Below are positions 36,690-49,400 of a DNA stretch of 64,000 nt, in pieces. The notes beneath the pieces are model-generated. The model did no database searches. It saw only the letters and a program-made list of their open reading frames with translations, and was not told where the DNA came from. The stretch is from Macrostomum hystrix. Taxonomy: Eukaryota > Animalia > Platyhelminthes. The position numbers were made by a program, and so were the translations under genes. The stretch is taken from positions 1 through 64,000 of the forward strand of contig CATNEN010000014.1 in assembly GCA_950097015.1 (NCBI GenBank), written 5' to 3'. Position 1 is the first letter of the stretch. Each line of letters opens with the position of its first letter.

Positions 36690-36950
36690 TGAGTGAAATA
36701 GCTGAATCTGGCCGGCGACACCCCCGGAGGACTAAATTGCGCGACTTCTTCCTCGGCATCGTGAACGCACCCTCTCCACCGCTGCGAGTTGATTTCGCAC
36801 AGCCACCGGACACGCTACTGCCAGCAGAGGCAGATTTTCGCACCACCCAGTCACCATGGAGGATGTGCTGCATTTCGCTCGGAGAACACCAGGCGGCAAA
36901 GCGCTCGGCCTCGATGAGGTTTCGGTCGGGCTCGGTCTCGTGCCCGGAGA
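36690..36950 (+). mobile_element. Short RTE-like LINE remnant
   Basis: IVNAPSPP...GGKALGLDEV similarity to the RTE at 61350-61540. Confidence 0.6.
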
Positions 36951-37844
36951 TACCTGGACAGAATTTTCTGTTACACCGAAACGCCTTACTCTTCCAACAT
37001 GTTGGTCGACATTCGTTCGCTGGCAGTAAAGCGTGCTATCTGACGCTGCACTCATTTTCGCTTGGATATGCGTTATTTGATTTTGTCGCTGGTCTTTTCA
37101 TAGATAGAAATACACGTACCTAGCCCAGTTGGGCCCACCGATTCTATATGCACATGATGTGCTGTAGTCTGCTGAGCAGCCTCCAGGCAATCTAGCTGTG
37201 GAGTCAGCGCTGCCCTGGTGCTGTGGGAGGGCTTGGGAGTAGGAAGTCTGCGGTTTCCCGTACACACTCACATCCGCTCGCTACCCCCTCCTCTTTCTCT
37301 CTCTCGTTCCAGCTGTCTGCGCACTGACTCATATTGCACGCCATGGTGAAATCGCTTCGGTTCGGAAGAAGACTGGCAGAACATGGCTCAAATGCTCCTA
37401 CTATAAGTAGAGCACAGTCCAACGTTCTTACGTTTACTTCACCGTTTGCCTTTGAGTTAGAAGCATATTTTGCTTGCGCTAAGCGTTGTCTCTAACTCTC
37501 ACTTTGTGTCTAGTCCTTGTGACGAAGATACACTATTTGCGGGGCTAAGTCTTGGATTCCTCAAGACTTAGTGAATTCCCAGTCCGTGAAGTTCCCCACC
37601 CTAACGAAAAACTTAGGCAACCCCAAGCCTGACTACCCAGTTGCTCCACTGCAAGGAAGCATCAGGTTGAGGCAGGTAAAACCCTCTCTGAGTACTAGCG
37701 TTCCCAGTCTTGGTTATTTTACCAATTGTGTGTGTCACGTAGCTACCACAGGTACAATACACATAAGGATCGATGTGTATATAGCTCGTAGGATATGTGG
37801 TTGGGCCAGATGGCCAGTAGCACAGAATCGGCAGCTACACGGCG

Positions 37845-38221
37845 TTATAATAATAATAATTATAATAATTGCAGGAGGGCTGCGGGCAATGGCACATTAT
37901 TTGGTGAAACTGGACCCGCAGCCAGCGATGAGGTATTTCTGACCCATTTCGCTGACTTCTGAGCACACACGCACACAGATACGGTACGCAAGCACACGCT
38001 CACACAGGTGTGTAAATCTGCACTGGCTTTCTCATCGTCAGGCATTGTAAATTTCACTGTGCCTTGCAGGTTGGCCTTAAGGGCGTAAATTGCACGACAA
38101 GCCACCAAGCCTTCTCTCCGCGACTGCGCCCCAAATGAATGTGCATGGCCTCGCCGTGGAATCTAACTTAGGGACCGTGGTGCGAGAGGCAAACGCATAA
38201 ACCGCTCTGCCACCGACCCCC
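37845..38221 (-). mobile_element. tRNA-derived SINE (family A), near full length with (TTA)n tail
   Basis: GGGGTCGGTGGCAGAGCGG head, B-box-like site, (GT)-rich body and simple-repeat tail. Confidence 0.85.
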
Positions 38222-38349
38222 GCTACACGGCGTTACCAAAGGCTGTGAACGTTTTGAATCCAGATGGACAGCGAGGCTGTGATCCCTTAGTATTGCACAT
38301 AACTAATCCTTTATGCAGCTAGCCTACTGACTCGCACTCAGGCTGCACT

Positions 38350-41300
38350 GGGTCTATGAGAATTTCCCGCAGGAATTTTTCCCGCACGAGATTCCCCAGC
38401 AGCGAGTTTTTACCGCAGCGAAAGTTTCCCGCAAGAAATTTCCCCGCCGAGATTTTCCTGCCGAGCTTTTACCGCTGAGATTTTCCCACATGAATTTTCC
38501 CCGCACAGACTTTTCCCGCAGAAAGATTTTCCCGCAGAAAGATTTTCCCGCAAGAAATTTCTCGTGATTGCCTGTTTACCTTCCTATCTGTCAGTCCGTC
38601 TGTCTGTCTGTCTGCCTGCAGCCTGCCTGCCTGGCCGGCTACCTGTGTCGAATTTATCAAAGAAAAGCGCGTCTCTGCTAATAGCTTTAATTTTTATAAT
38701 TTATTTCCTAATTCGAAGCCTCTGTATGAACCAAAACGACCCAGTCAAGACCTTTGTACTTTTTGCGTCACCAATTTGGCAATTAATCGAATCAGCAGGC
38801 TTGATTCTTTTTATTTGTTTTTTGTGGCAAGACACTAAACATGATTGTATGCTGACAATTTATCGCCATGTAACCAAATATTTTATTTTTTTAATTAAAA
38901 ACAAAATCACCATGCACGACAGATATAGTTTACAATAGACGAACTGGAAAAAGTAGTGGAAAGTGCAACAAAATGCTTACTTTGTCATAAAGATGGTCAT
39001 AAAATGGACTTTAGAAGTCCATGAATAGAATACCAATACAAATAACCAATAACAAATATAGATGGTACGTACGAGTCTGGTGATCAACCATGTCTGGTGA
39101 TCAACTTCATTCTTGAGACTGCTGATGAATTGGAATATTCGTGGATTTCTGCAGCCGAGCACCGTCTGTAGCCTCCGATGCCAGGCTTCAATGGAGTTGT
39201 TGGTTACCGAGTGTTGGATATCTCGGCTGCCTCCTGGCACCATGCGGCAGCCGGCGACCAACCCACTGGTCTTCAAAATAATCCGCGGTCGAGGCCAGCG
39301 CTTCAGGAAAGTCTTGCAGCATGATATCAGCTCATCAATAGCAGCCTCGACGGAATCAACCGAAGCAAATGCCAAAGCAGAGAAGCAGCGAAGCCACACT
39401 GAGAGCTCGCCGTCCTCAGCCTCAAGTTGCCGCTTCAGTCCATTGGTTATGGCACGTCTGTACACACTTTGGACCAGATGAAATAGGCAGCCAGTTGGTT
39501 CGATGCCGAATACATCACGAATGGCATGCACGCTGGCCCGCTGAAAGTCGCATATCTAGCGCTGGGGCTGTAAATGTGGCCGCTCGTACTTATGCAAGCG
39601 ATTGTAGACCGCTTGAGTCTTTGTTGGCAGCAGTGCATAAATTAATGGACGCAGAAATCCGTGAAGCTCTACATGGATGCTGACCATGCCAGTTGCGCAA
39701 ATAATGGTGTAGAAGCATCAAAAATGCCGTCCGAATAAAATTGAGCAGCTGCTTGCTTGCAACGCTAGCAAGTTCTCGTCGCTGCTAAAAATCAAGATTC
39801 GCTCGTTCCCGTGGCCTAAGTCGTCCAGCAGAAATCTTGACACATTGTGTACTTGCATGAAATTCATCAGGAATCACTAAATTATTCAGATTGGTCGGCT
39901 GCACACAGGTAATCGTTGGTGCACATGGCACACGTTCTGAACCACTCTCTTTAGCGAGTTCTGGCTAGGAAGGGCCACACCTGCTGCAGCTCAGGTAGAC
40001 CGCTAGCGTGCTCCATGATTATCCTTGAATGCAGTTGGATCTTGGGTCTGCCTTGCATAGGTCTTCATGCCTCGGACGGCCTCCTGGACGCTGAAGCGTG
40101 AGCCATCTGCACCATGGTTATGCTGGTTTTTCTGCTTGATGACATTTTCACCTTTTAAATGAACTCTGGCTGAGCACAAACCGGAACGGCGCTCCTCGAA
40201 CTGGCAAAAACTTATCGAGGCATCGGCTCGGCTTTATTTTTCCATGGTATAGTAGTACCCTTGGCATGCTGCTTTACGCTTGCCGCGCGTCGTAACTGAG
40301 AACTGGACTGGAGTGCGAGCTTCTGCCATGTCAGTTTAACTCGTTTTGCAGTTAATTTGCAGTTCGCACTGCCAAGAAAATTATAGGATTCAGAGCAGCA
40401 TAATCGATTTCATGATTTTCCTCTCGCTCCAACCATGTACACTGAACTATATACTAGCGCAGCGCGCTAGAGTGGTAATTCAATGTTAACTAAACTCAGT
40501 AAAAATAAAAACAAGTAATCCGTTTTAACGAGCGCTCGAGGCATATCAGAAAAATTTAAGCAGAACCAGACACTAAAAACAAAGGCCCCAAGACATTTAT
40601 GTTGTTATTGCAAAACACTTAATCGGGGACAGGGAGCAGTTCTAATTTTGTGCACTTTGTGCAAATAAACATGTATCGAAACTTAAGAAGAACGCACCGT
40701 CGGTGCGCTTAGATGTTTTACAGAAGAGCAGAACGAATCACTTTTTGGAGGAAACACTTAATCAGCAGGAAAACAAGGCGTAAAACAGCATTTCGTCAAT
40801 CCAATCCAGAGTAGAAACCTAATTACAATCCCATGACAATTACACTCCTTAAGTTATATATTTCCCCGATTGTTAAAGAACATTCTTCTTTAAACAAAGA
40901 TATCAAAAGGGATAGAAAAAATTGCAACTGATCCATAATTAGTTGCATAACGCCAGGCATTAGATTCGAGTTTCTTATAATTTTGAAGTCTATCTGAGTC
41001 GTACTTTTATGTCTTAAATCATGCTCTGAATGTAGACCAATGTGTTTATTCACACAGTTTGGAGCTTTATAGTTTCGCCGCATGCAATGTTCCATAGAGA
41101 GACAGACAGCCAGACAGGCACTGAATTAAGAAAAAACTTAAAAAAGGAAAGGCATTCGCAGAGACGCGATTTTATTTGATAAATTCGACACAGGTAGCCG
41201 GCCAGGCAGGCGGGCAGGCAGACAGACAGACAGGCAGAGAGATAGGAAGGTAAACGTACAGGCAATCACGAGAAATTTCTTGCGGGAAAAGTCTGTGCGG

Positions 41301-41465
41301 GAAAAGTTCGTGCGGGAAAATCCCAGCGGTAAAAGCTCGGCAGGAAAATCTCGGCGGGGAAATTTCCTGCGGGAAACTTTCGCTGCGGTAAAAACTCGCT
41401 GCTGGAGAATCTCGTGCGAGGAAAGCTCGGCGGGAAAAATTCCTGCGGGAAATTCTCGTGCTCCC
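38350..41465 (-). mobile_element. Mutator-like (MULE) DNA transposon, degenerate transposase, 9-bp TSD GGCTGCACT
   Basis: TSDs at 38341-38349 and 41466-41474. ~370-bp TIRs built of TTTCCCGCA-type repeats. GCLFHLVQS and TNNSIEAWH MULE motifs, plus a FLYWCH-like remnant near 40050-40250. Confidence 0.92.
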
Positions 41466-43489
41466 GGCTGCACTTTTCCAAAACCAGCATGTACAGCCAG
41501 GCTCTTCATGGCAATCTCAAATGAAATCTTAGGGGCCTGATATCTTCTGTACCTTGTACTGTGATAAGCCTGATTGTTGCAGCTTCATTTAGGATGCTAT
41601 ATAGAAAAAAAACTGATTGTACTACGATTGTATAATAACAGGAAGGGTACATTTTCTGCGAATCCAAGGCACTGAAGTTTAAATCAACTGCTACATCATG
41701 GCAGCAACCACGGAAGTAAATGTAATACACAATACAATATGCGGATAGCACAATAACGTTTCGTTGCTAAAAAAATAATGACAAAAAAGAATGAAACCGT
41801 TTTACGCTCTTGCAAAGCTTTACATATGGGTCAAAAGGTTAACATCATGCCTATGGCGAAAAAACGCTAAATCTAAATGTCTTTAATCCTAACAATAAAA
41901 ATCTCAGCAGTAATAGAAAAAGTCAAATGAAAAAATAATGTTGGTTGCATATGTGAATCAATTGTGCCATTGACGGAAGCATTCGGTGACAGACAATCCA
42001 GGCTAACCATGACACTGTTCGCAGATAAAGACACTGCCTCGTATTCTGCTAATACAGTAGCAGACTCGGCTGCGGCGTGCAGGCTACTGACTTTAATCTC
42101 AGCCTGTAAATCAGCAACATTGGAAGCTGATGAGGCAGACAAACTTGCTGGGCAGGGCCGGCAGTGAAATTGGCAGTACGAATAAGTCTCTTACCGGGTC
42201 CTGAGGTCTGATGCAGGGCGATGAACAGTCTGCTCCATGAACTGCAGAAACGGATGCTCGCCACCAGATCTACTGCAGACAATCCACGCATTGTGCGCCT
42301 GCTGCTTATGATTCTTAATCGGATTAGTAGTTTGTTCGCGTCTCTGTTTCTATACGCAGTTTAATTTCATAAAATCACTGTTTGAGTATTCTGCGTAAGT
42401 TCTGTGGGCGCAAATAGAGTTTGAAATTTTACGGTTCATTTTGCTGTTAATCAGCTGCAAAAACAAGCAAGCACTAAAAACAATACTACATATGTGAAAG
42501 CTGTTTACTTGTGAAAATAAAGATAAAAAATCTGCGAAAAATACGTAGCACGAAATAAAAATTATGTGTTTTTTCATATTATCCAACTGCGTTTCTGCCA
42601 TATTTCTCATCCAACACTCCACATAAGGCTTCGCGAAAAATCCAGTGCACGAAATCCAGGCATTTTGCGCTCCTGCATTATTGACAAAAATAATTACAAA
42701 TACTACTAACCACCACAGAACGTTCTACTCTCGATTTGTGCAAATTTAGTGTATTTTGTTGGACTACAGCAATGTGCACTTTTATTTGAGACGATGAAGC
42801 AGATTGAGAATCGTCTATGTCTACAACCTCTGCTGCTTGTATAGGATCAAGCCCAAAATACACTAGCTTTAGTAGCTTAGAGCTGCTCAACAGGAGCACT
42901 AGAGTTAGACCGTAAAAGGCCAAGCTAGAGGCTAGCCACTAAATTTGGTCGTCTCCGTCATCTGACTCAGAAGTAACATATTTAAGCATAAAAAAGGAAA
43001 AAAGAAAACATATTTGTACTCGTAAGAGAAATAAAGTAAACGAGCTGGTCATATTTTTCAGTAGTGGCTCTATTACAGGTCACCATGGTGTACTCTATTA
43101 GAGGCTAGTATTTATTTCACGACACCAAATCGGAGTATGCGACAGATTTTAAGATTAGTTAAACGTAGATAAATGTAGCTACAATCAGAAACATGTTAAA
43201 CTTCACACTCGTGTGATACTAGAACTCAACGCTGCCACTCAGTCAGCCACTGAGACAGATACTTTTATTCTCACACTGTGCTTGCGCAACAATCACTGCT
43301 GCTTGTCCCTCCAGCCCTCGATTCAAACCTACAAGCGGGCAAAAAAATGCGCAATGCGCGGTTTAACATTTTTCTGAGTGTATGTGAATAAAAGCGGGAG
43401 AGTAGCATGGTGTCAACACATAGCTTCAGTTTTCACTGCTGGATTTTGGAAGAAAGCTGGAAAGCTTCTAGTGATGAAATCCGCCTGCA

Positions 43490-46400
43490 TTAGGCAGCTT
43501 CCCCGCTGCTATTGGAGGACAGTGACCCTGCTAGGCTTCCATGCAGAGACCTCTGGCCTGGCTTCTGTGAAGTGAAGCCACCAAATTTCATTGACTTTGT
43601 CGCTTCGTCGGTCTGAGGCATGTAAAAGAGACAATAAAAATGCGTTTTAAAATCAGATAAATGTAAATCAACCCAACTTAAAAACCCCAGTCCAATGAAA
43701 ACCCAGTTCCTTTCTAGCTTGCATAAGTTTTCCTAATTTTTAGCAATTTTTGTAAATCTTTTAAATCTGCAGTAGGTCTAAGACAGTATTTTTTCTCAGC
43801 TCTCAGCTTCAGAGGGAAATAGCGACCACAAAGCTGTAAGCTAGTTGTAAACAGGTGAAACTAACCTGCAAACGAGAGATCACTGCAACATAGCAGCGAG
43901 CCTCCAGAACATCTTTCGAAACACCCTGAAATTGGAAGTCGATGTGCAGCTTCTTCACAATAAAGCTGAGGCAGGCGACTTGGTATGGGTGTAGTGAAAC
44001 AGAAATCCGCTTTGTCACCAGCCAGTCGTGTAGCTGGTAGAGCTGGTGGTTGTACCAGATCTGAGGGAAAGCCGATAGCGACGTGAAAGTACAGTAGAAT
44101 ACAAACTTGTTGTGTGCCATTCTTACTTTAGATTTTTAGCTAAAATTTTACGTAAAATTGCAGCGATTGTTCATACGAGTACAAATAACTAAATATATAC
44201 ATGGGCTGCGTGGCCATATACATGGCCATATGAACAATATATTGCTAATCTGTTTCACTAGCATGTGAAAACATTTCAGAATGTATTGAAATGTATTGAA
44301 CATCCCGCGCTACAAAAGCTTGGCGTGTGGACGCTAACTTCTAACCTGTGTAAATTATTCTCAAGCATTTCACTTACGTCAAATATGCTGAGTGCGATAA
44401 GCTTATCGTTGATGCAAAGCCGCAGCTGCTTAACGTTCTTTTGGAAGAATTCCACGTACGCCTCGCTCAGTTTGTCAGTGGGTCTCGTGATGGACAGCAA
44501 AGAAGAAAAGACAGCGCTTTCATCATAACGGGCTAGTCGGACAAGCACAGCCTTAAGTACTTCGTCAAAGTGTTCTACCATGTTGTTTATTAGTTGCGAC
44601 TGCAGTTTTTCAAGTAACTCGCCCGTTCTCGCATGGTACTCGGGCTTTAATGAAGGAGACGAAATCAGTTAAGTTAACGTATTTATCTGGGACTCAATTT
44701 TAATCTCAAATTAAAAATGCAATCTATGTTTCATTTAATAAAATTTTGTGAAATCTGCCACTCTGCTTAGGCGTTTGAGAATCAACATGCTGACCTGCTT
44801 TGTTTTTTGCTAAGCAAGGTCTATTAAAATGATACACACAGTATCGTTTAGTATATGAAAGCCATTTTAAACATGGATGAACATAAGGGGGTTGAGTGGC
44901 AGCGGTAACGCACCTCTCCGAGCCAGAATTAGCGGCGGGGCACGTCTGGGCGCTGCCGCGGAAAAGCTGAGCAATTTACGACCATGAGGGCCAACTCCTT
45001 AAGGCAAAGTGAGTGTACACTGTCTGACGATGAAAAATTCATGGCAGATGTACACACCCCTGTATGAGTGTAGCTGCGTAATGAATTTATGTTTTTATGT
45101 GCCCTAGGGTAAGTGGATTGCCTCCTCTCTGGCTGTGGGTCGACTGCTGCCATATAATACCAGTCCCTACAGTCCCATGCAAAAATTGAACCGAAAAGAT
45201 AACATTAAATGAAAACAGCTGAGTGATTGGTATATATAACTCGCCAAAAAGTACGTCACAATGTCAATAAGCGAATATCTGTGTACGCAAAAAATAAACT
45301 TACCATATTCACACCGGACGAAATCGAGCAGAGATCAAATACTCTGGATTTCATTGCGACGCAGGTGTTAAACATGACGCAGAGCTCCACAGGCAGTACA
45401 AAGTCCGTCCCCTTGCTGGCCCGCTTTAAAGCAGCATCAAATGCAAAGGCGGTCCGCCTGGCTGCAGCATCCAACATGTCAGAGGCCATGAGCTTGAGCC
45501 GGCTGTACAAGTGCTCCGCAAACACAGGCTCTGGCCAATGTAGGTCTGCGATGAATGACTGCAGCGCTTCTAGCTTCCACAACAGGTCCTCACTCGTTGC
45601 GCAGCCACCACCCTTTGGCACCCAGGTCTCTTGCTCAAATCCCTTGTGAATGGATTGGGCAATCGACGATTCCATAAGGTCAATGTAACGAACAACCTGT
45701 GGAGCGAACGTCTCATGCAGCTGCTGATGGAACTTTCCATTGCGTAGGTTTGCTGCGTAAATATAGTGGTATTGATCCAATAAAAAATTAACTTCATTTT
45801 ATCTAGCTCGATAGTCGAAACAGCAGCTAGTCATGCGTTTCAGTCATACCTTCTATTGCATGAATTTACGTGATACGTAATGTACTCGTAAAACGGAAAT
45901 ATTAAAGCAAAAGCTAAATTGCAAGCTTACACAGACTTATCACTTACACTCAGATGACTAAACTTCGAAGCAGAAATTGCCCAAACAGATGTAATGAACA
46001 GCAAATTATGGTAAGGCAATGTGGAGCATAACGGGCAAAAAATCCAAATGGCTCACCGTTACATCTGAGGTAGTCATTAAGTAGCTTAAAAACAAGAAAC
46101 GAGTCCCAGACATCAGGCGGCAGGCTCTCAAGAACTGCGAACATGTCTACGGCAAACATAGACAAAAATATCTCAGCGTGGTCGACCAGTAGATCAGAAA
46201 ACCATGTAAAGGACTGTAAAATTCAGTTAGTTTGATAAATATTTTGGTTGGTTGTTTTTACGCTGAGTTTTAGACCATGTACAGATGTAAATAAAGTTTA
46301 TTAATAAAACAAGTTACACATTCGAAATTGATTGCATCGACGTTGGGTTTGATTCATTTAAGCAAGACAGCGAGAGAATTTTTTTTAGTCAGAAAGTTTT

Positions 46401-49400
46401 GAAATTGAAATTAAAATTTTTGCTGAAGTATTTAGTTGTGCGGAAGTTTTTAGAAACAACGAAGAAACGCCAATAGAATATTTAGAAAAAAAATTTTGAA
46501 ATCTAAAACTCGGCTTAGGAAACTACTTAGTAATAGTGGGTCGTATTAGCATATACCTCAGCATAATACTCCTCGTTTTGCCGCAGGGCTTCAATGCACA
46601 TTTCTGCAACGTCAATGATGGATTGCAGCTTCCGATCAGAGGGACAGTCGGAATGCACAATCTCTGCAATGGAGTGGCGACGAAAAAGTAAAAGCGAATA
46701 TTCACTGTCGCCATAACTTCGCCGAAGAGCTGACTAATTGTTTATACCTTCAATATTAGTTAACTCGGCGATTCGGTTGTAGTTCTTATAGGCCGCCTCC
46801 TCCAGGCAGTCCCGAATCGTCAGGCGTACCTCTGCGGCGCTACTTGACTTACTTGACTTAGCGGCAGGGGGCCTCCATGACGGACGCAGCGAGGAGGCGG
46901 CTGTTGCCGCCCATATCGCTAACCCCTGGCAGCCAGACGGCCTCCAGCGAGGCGGTGCCGCTCAGGGTGGTCCGTCGGTCGGTTCCGCCGCGCGATCTTC
47001 CTCGCCATAGGCTGGGAAGAAATCAGCTCGGCCGGTATCCCGGAGGAAGTGGGCGAGCTGAGGGATGTTCTCGGGCGAGCAGGCTTCGGCAAGAGTCGGT
47101 GCCGGCCCGAGGTGTTTTAGCCTAGCCCGGGTGAAGGCCGGGCAGTGGCAAATGAAATGCTCGGCGTTTTCACGGCCGGAGCAGCAGAAAGGACACGTTT
47201 CCTCAGGCACGTGGCCTTGGAGGTAGCGGTGTCTGGTGAAGCAGCCATGTCCCGAAAGGGCCATGGTGACTGCTCTCAGGTCTCTGCGGTTTAGCCTGAG
47301 TAAGGCCTTACGCAGGTTACTAGAGGGGGTTGGCACCGCAGCCCTGGACTGGCGACAGTTCAGGGTGCTGGACCACCTCCTCCGGTGCTGGGTCTCCATC
47401 CAGTGGTTGATGCTGGAGTTGACAACGGAGGCGGGGATCGGGGATTCCGGGCCCGGGCCCATCAGGGAGCTGGCTGCTCCAGCCTTTGCAAGCTCGTCCG
47501 CCATCTCATTCCCTGTGAGCCCGGCGTGCCCAGGGATCCACATCAGCTCCACCTTGTTAGACTGCGCCAAACCGTTTAACTGGGTGTTGCAGTCCAAGGT
47601 GGTTCTGGAGCGAGAGGTGCAGCGACTGAGGGCCTTGAGGGCTGCTTGACTGTCGGAGTGAAAAAAGATCCTCCGACCAGCCAGCTGCCTCTGGCGCAGC
47701 TCAGCCGCACAGAAGCTGATGGCGAGCATTTCGTTTTGGAAAACGCTTGAGCTCTTGCCACAGTGTTGGGAGTGGGTCCAGAGGACCTCGCCACCCGAGG
47801 CGACGCACACCCCGAATCCCGATTTACCGTTCATCAGGGAGCCGTCAGTGTAACAGTGGACTGCGGGGTCATCCCAGCAGTCCTTTACCTCATTACGAGG
47901 GAAGATGCTGACTTTGTACCTGTGGCTCCGGAGTAAAGTGGCCGGGGCCCCGTCCGAAAGGATGGTGAGCCCTCCGCACTCGCCCAGAGTTTTCAGGCAG
48001 AGGTCAGAGTGGGGCAGAAGGGAGCGCTTCGAGAAGGCTCGCGAATTCTGGAAGGATACACCCGCATCAAGGAGACGACGGGTGGACTTTGCCGCTTCCC
48101 CCTTAACAAAAATGTCAATGGGTGTAGCGTTGAGGAAAGCGTTCATGCCTTCAAAGGGAGTGGAGGGTGGGGCGCCCAGCGTCATGCGACAGGCTCTGCC
48201 CTGCACCCTATAAAGCGCCTCCAGGTTTTTCTGGATGCTCATGGCACTGGCCCAGATGAGGCCAGCGTAAGCGACTGACGGTCTAATGATCGCCGTGTAA
48301 ATCCACCAAAGGTTTTTGGGGGTTAGCCCCCAAGTGGTGCCCACGGCTCGCCTGACTTGCGCCAGAATGGCCAGGGCCCTCTTGGCCTTTGTGGTAATGT
48401 GCGGGGTCCAGTTAAGCCTATGGTCTAGCAGGATACCAAGGCACCGGACCTGCTTTTCCATGGCAATATTCTTGCCATAGAGAGTCAGAGGCTCAATGGT
48501 CCAGCGCAGCCTGCTGGTAAACATAACCGCAACGGTCTTGGACTCAGAGAGTCGGAGCCCGCATTGGTCCGCCCAGCGCACCGCCCTGTTGATAAAGCCC
48601 TGAATGAGGTCCCTGGTGGTTTCCGCCGAGGGGCCCGCGCAGATGGCGGTCACATCGTCGGCATATCCCACCTTCAGGACTGGGTCAGGCCGAGTGCTTT
48701 TTAGCAGCTCATCCATGACGAGATTCCACAGCAGTGGGGTGAGGACGCCACCTTGGGGCCCTCCTTTTAGGACAGGTGCCGAGAGCACCCTGCCTTCGAG
48801 GTGGGCCACCACGTGGCGATTCCGGATCATGTACATGACCCAACGGACGAGGTGGGGGTGAGTGGCCCTGGAAACCAGGGCCTTCTCAAAGGCTTCGAAA
48901 ATAACGTTATCGAAGGCCCCCTCAATATCAAGGAAAACAGCCAGGGCAAAACCGCTGCCCAGCACTGCCTTCTCGAGAGTCTCCACAATGCAGTGGAGGG
49001 CGCTCTCCGTGGACCGGCCCGCCCGAAAGGCGTGCTGGTTTGGTGAGAGCGGGGCCCGCCCTAGCTCTACAGTAAGAAGGCGCCAGAGCACCAGTCTTTC
49101 CATGAGCTTGAGGCAGGTGGAAGTCAAGCTTATCGGGCGATAAGACTTGACCGAGCGATAGTCGCCTTTGGCGGGCTTCGGGATGAAGACGACCCGGGCT
49201 TCATGCCACCGCGCTGGTACGTAGCCCAGCACGATGCAGGCCCGTAGAAGTCTGCAGAGGAGATGGAGGAAGCGGCCATTTTTAACCGCTTCATGCAGAA
49301 AGGCCGGATATATACCATCTGGCCCAGGTGCTTTAAAAGGATTGAATGACTTAGCCGCGCGAACGATGCGGTCATTCGTAACGAGTGACTGAGCCAGGCC

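Noticed and set aside
41870-42960. Extra 3' CADPS exons
   Set aside because: GC-richer patches exist, but an in-frame stop is reached at 43490 and no convincing splice path or homology was seen.
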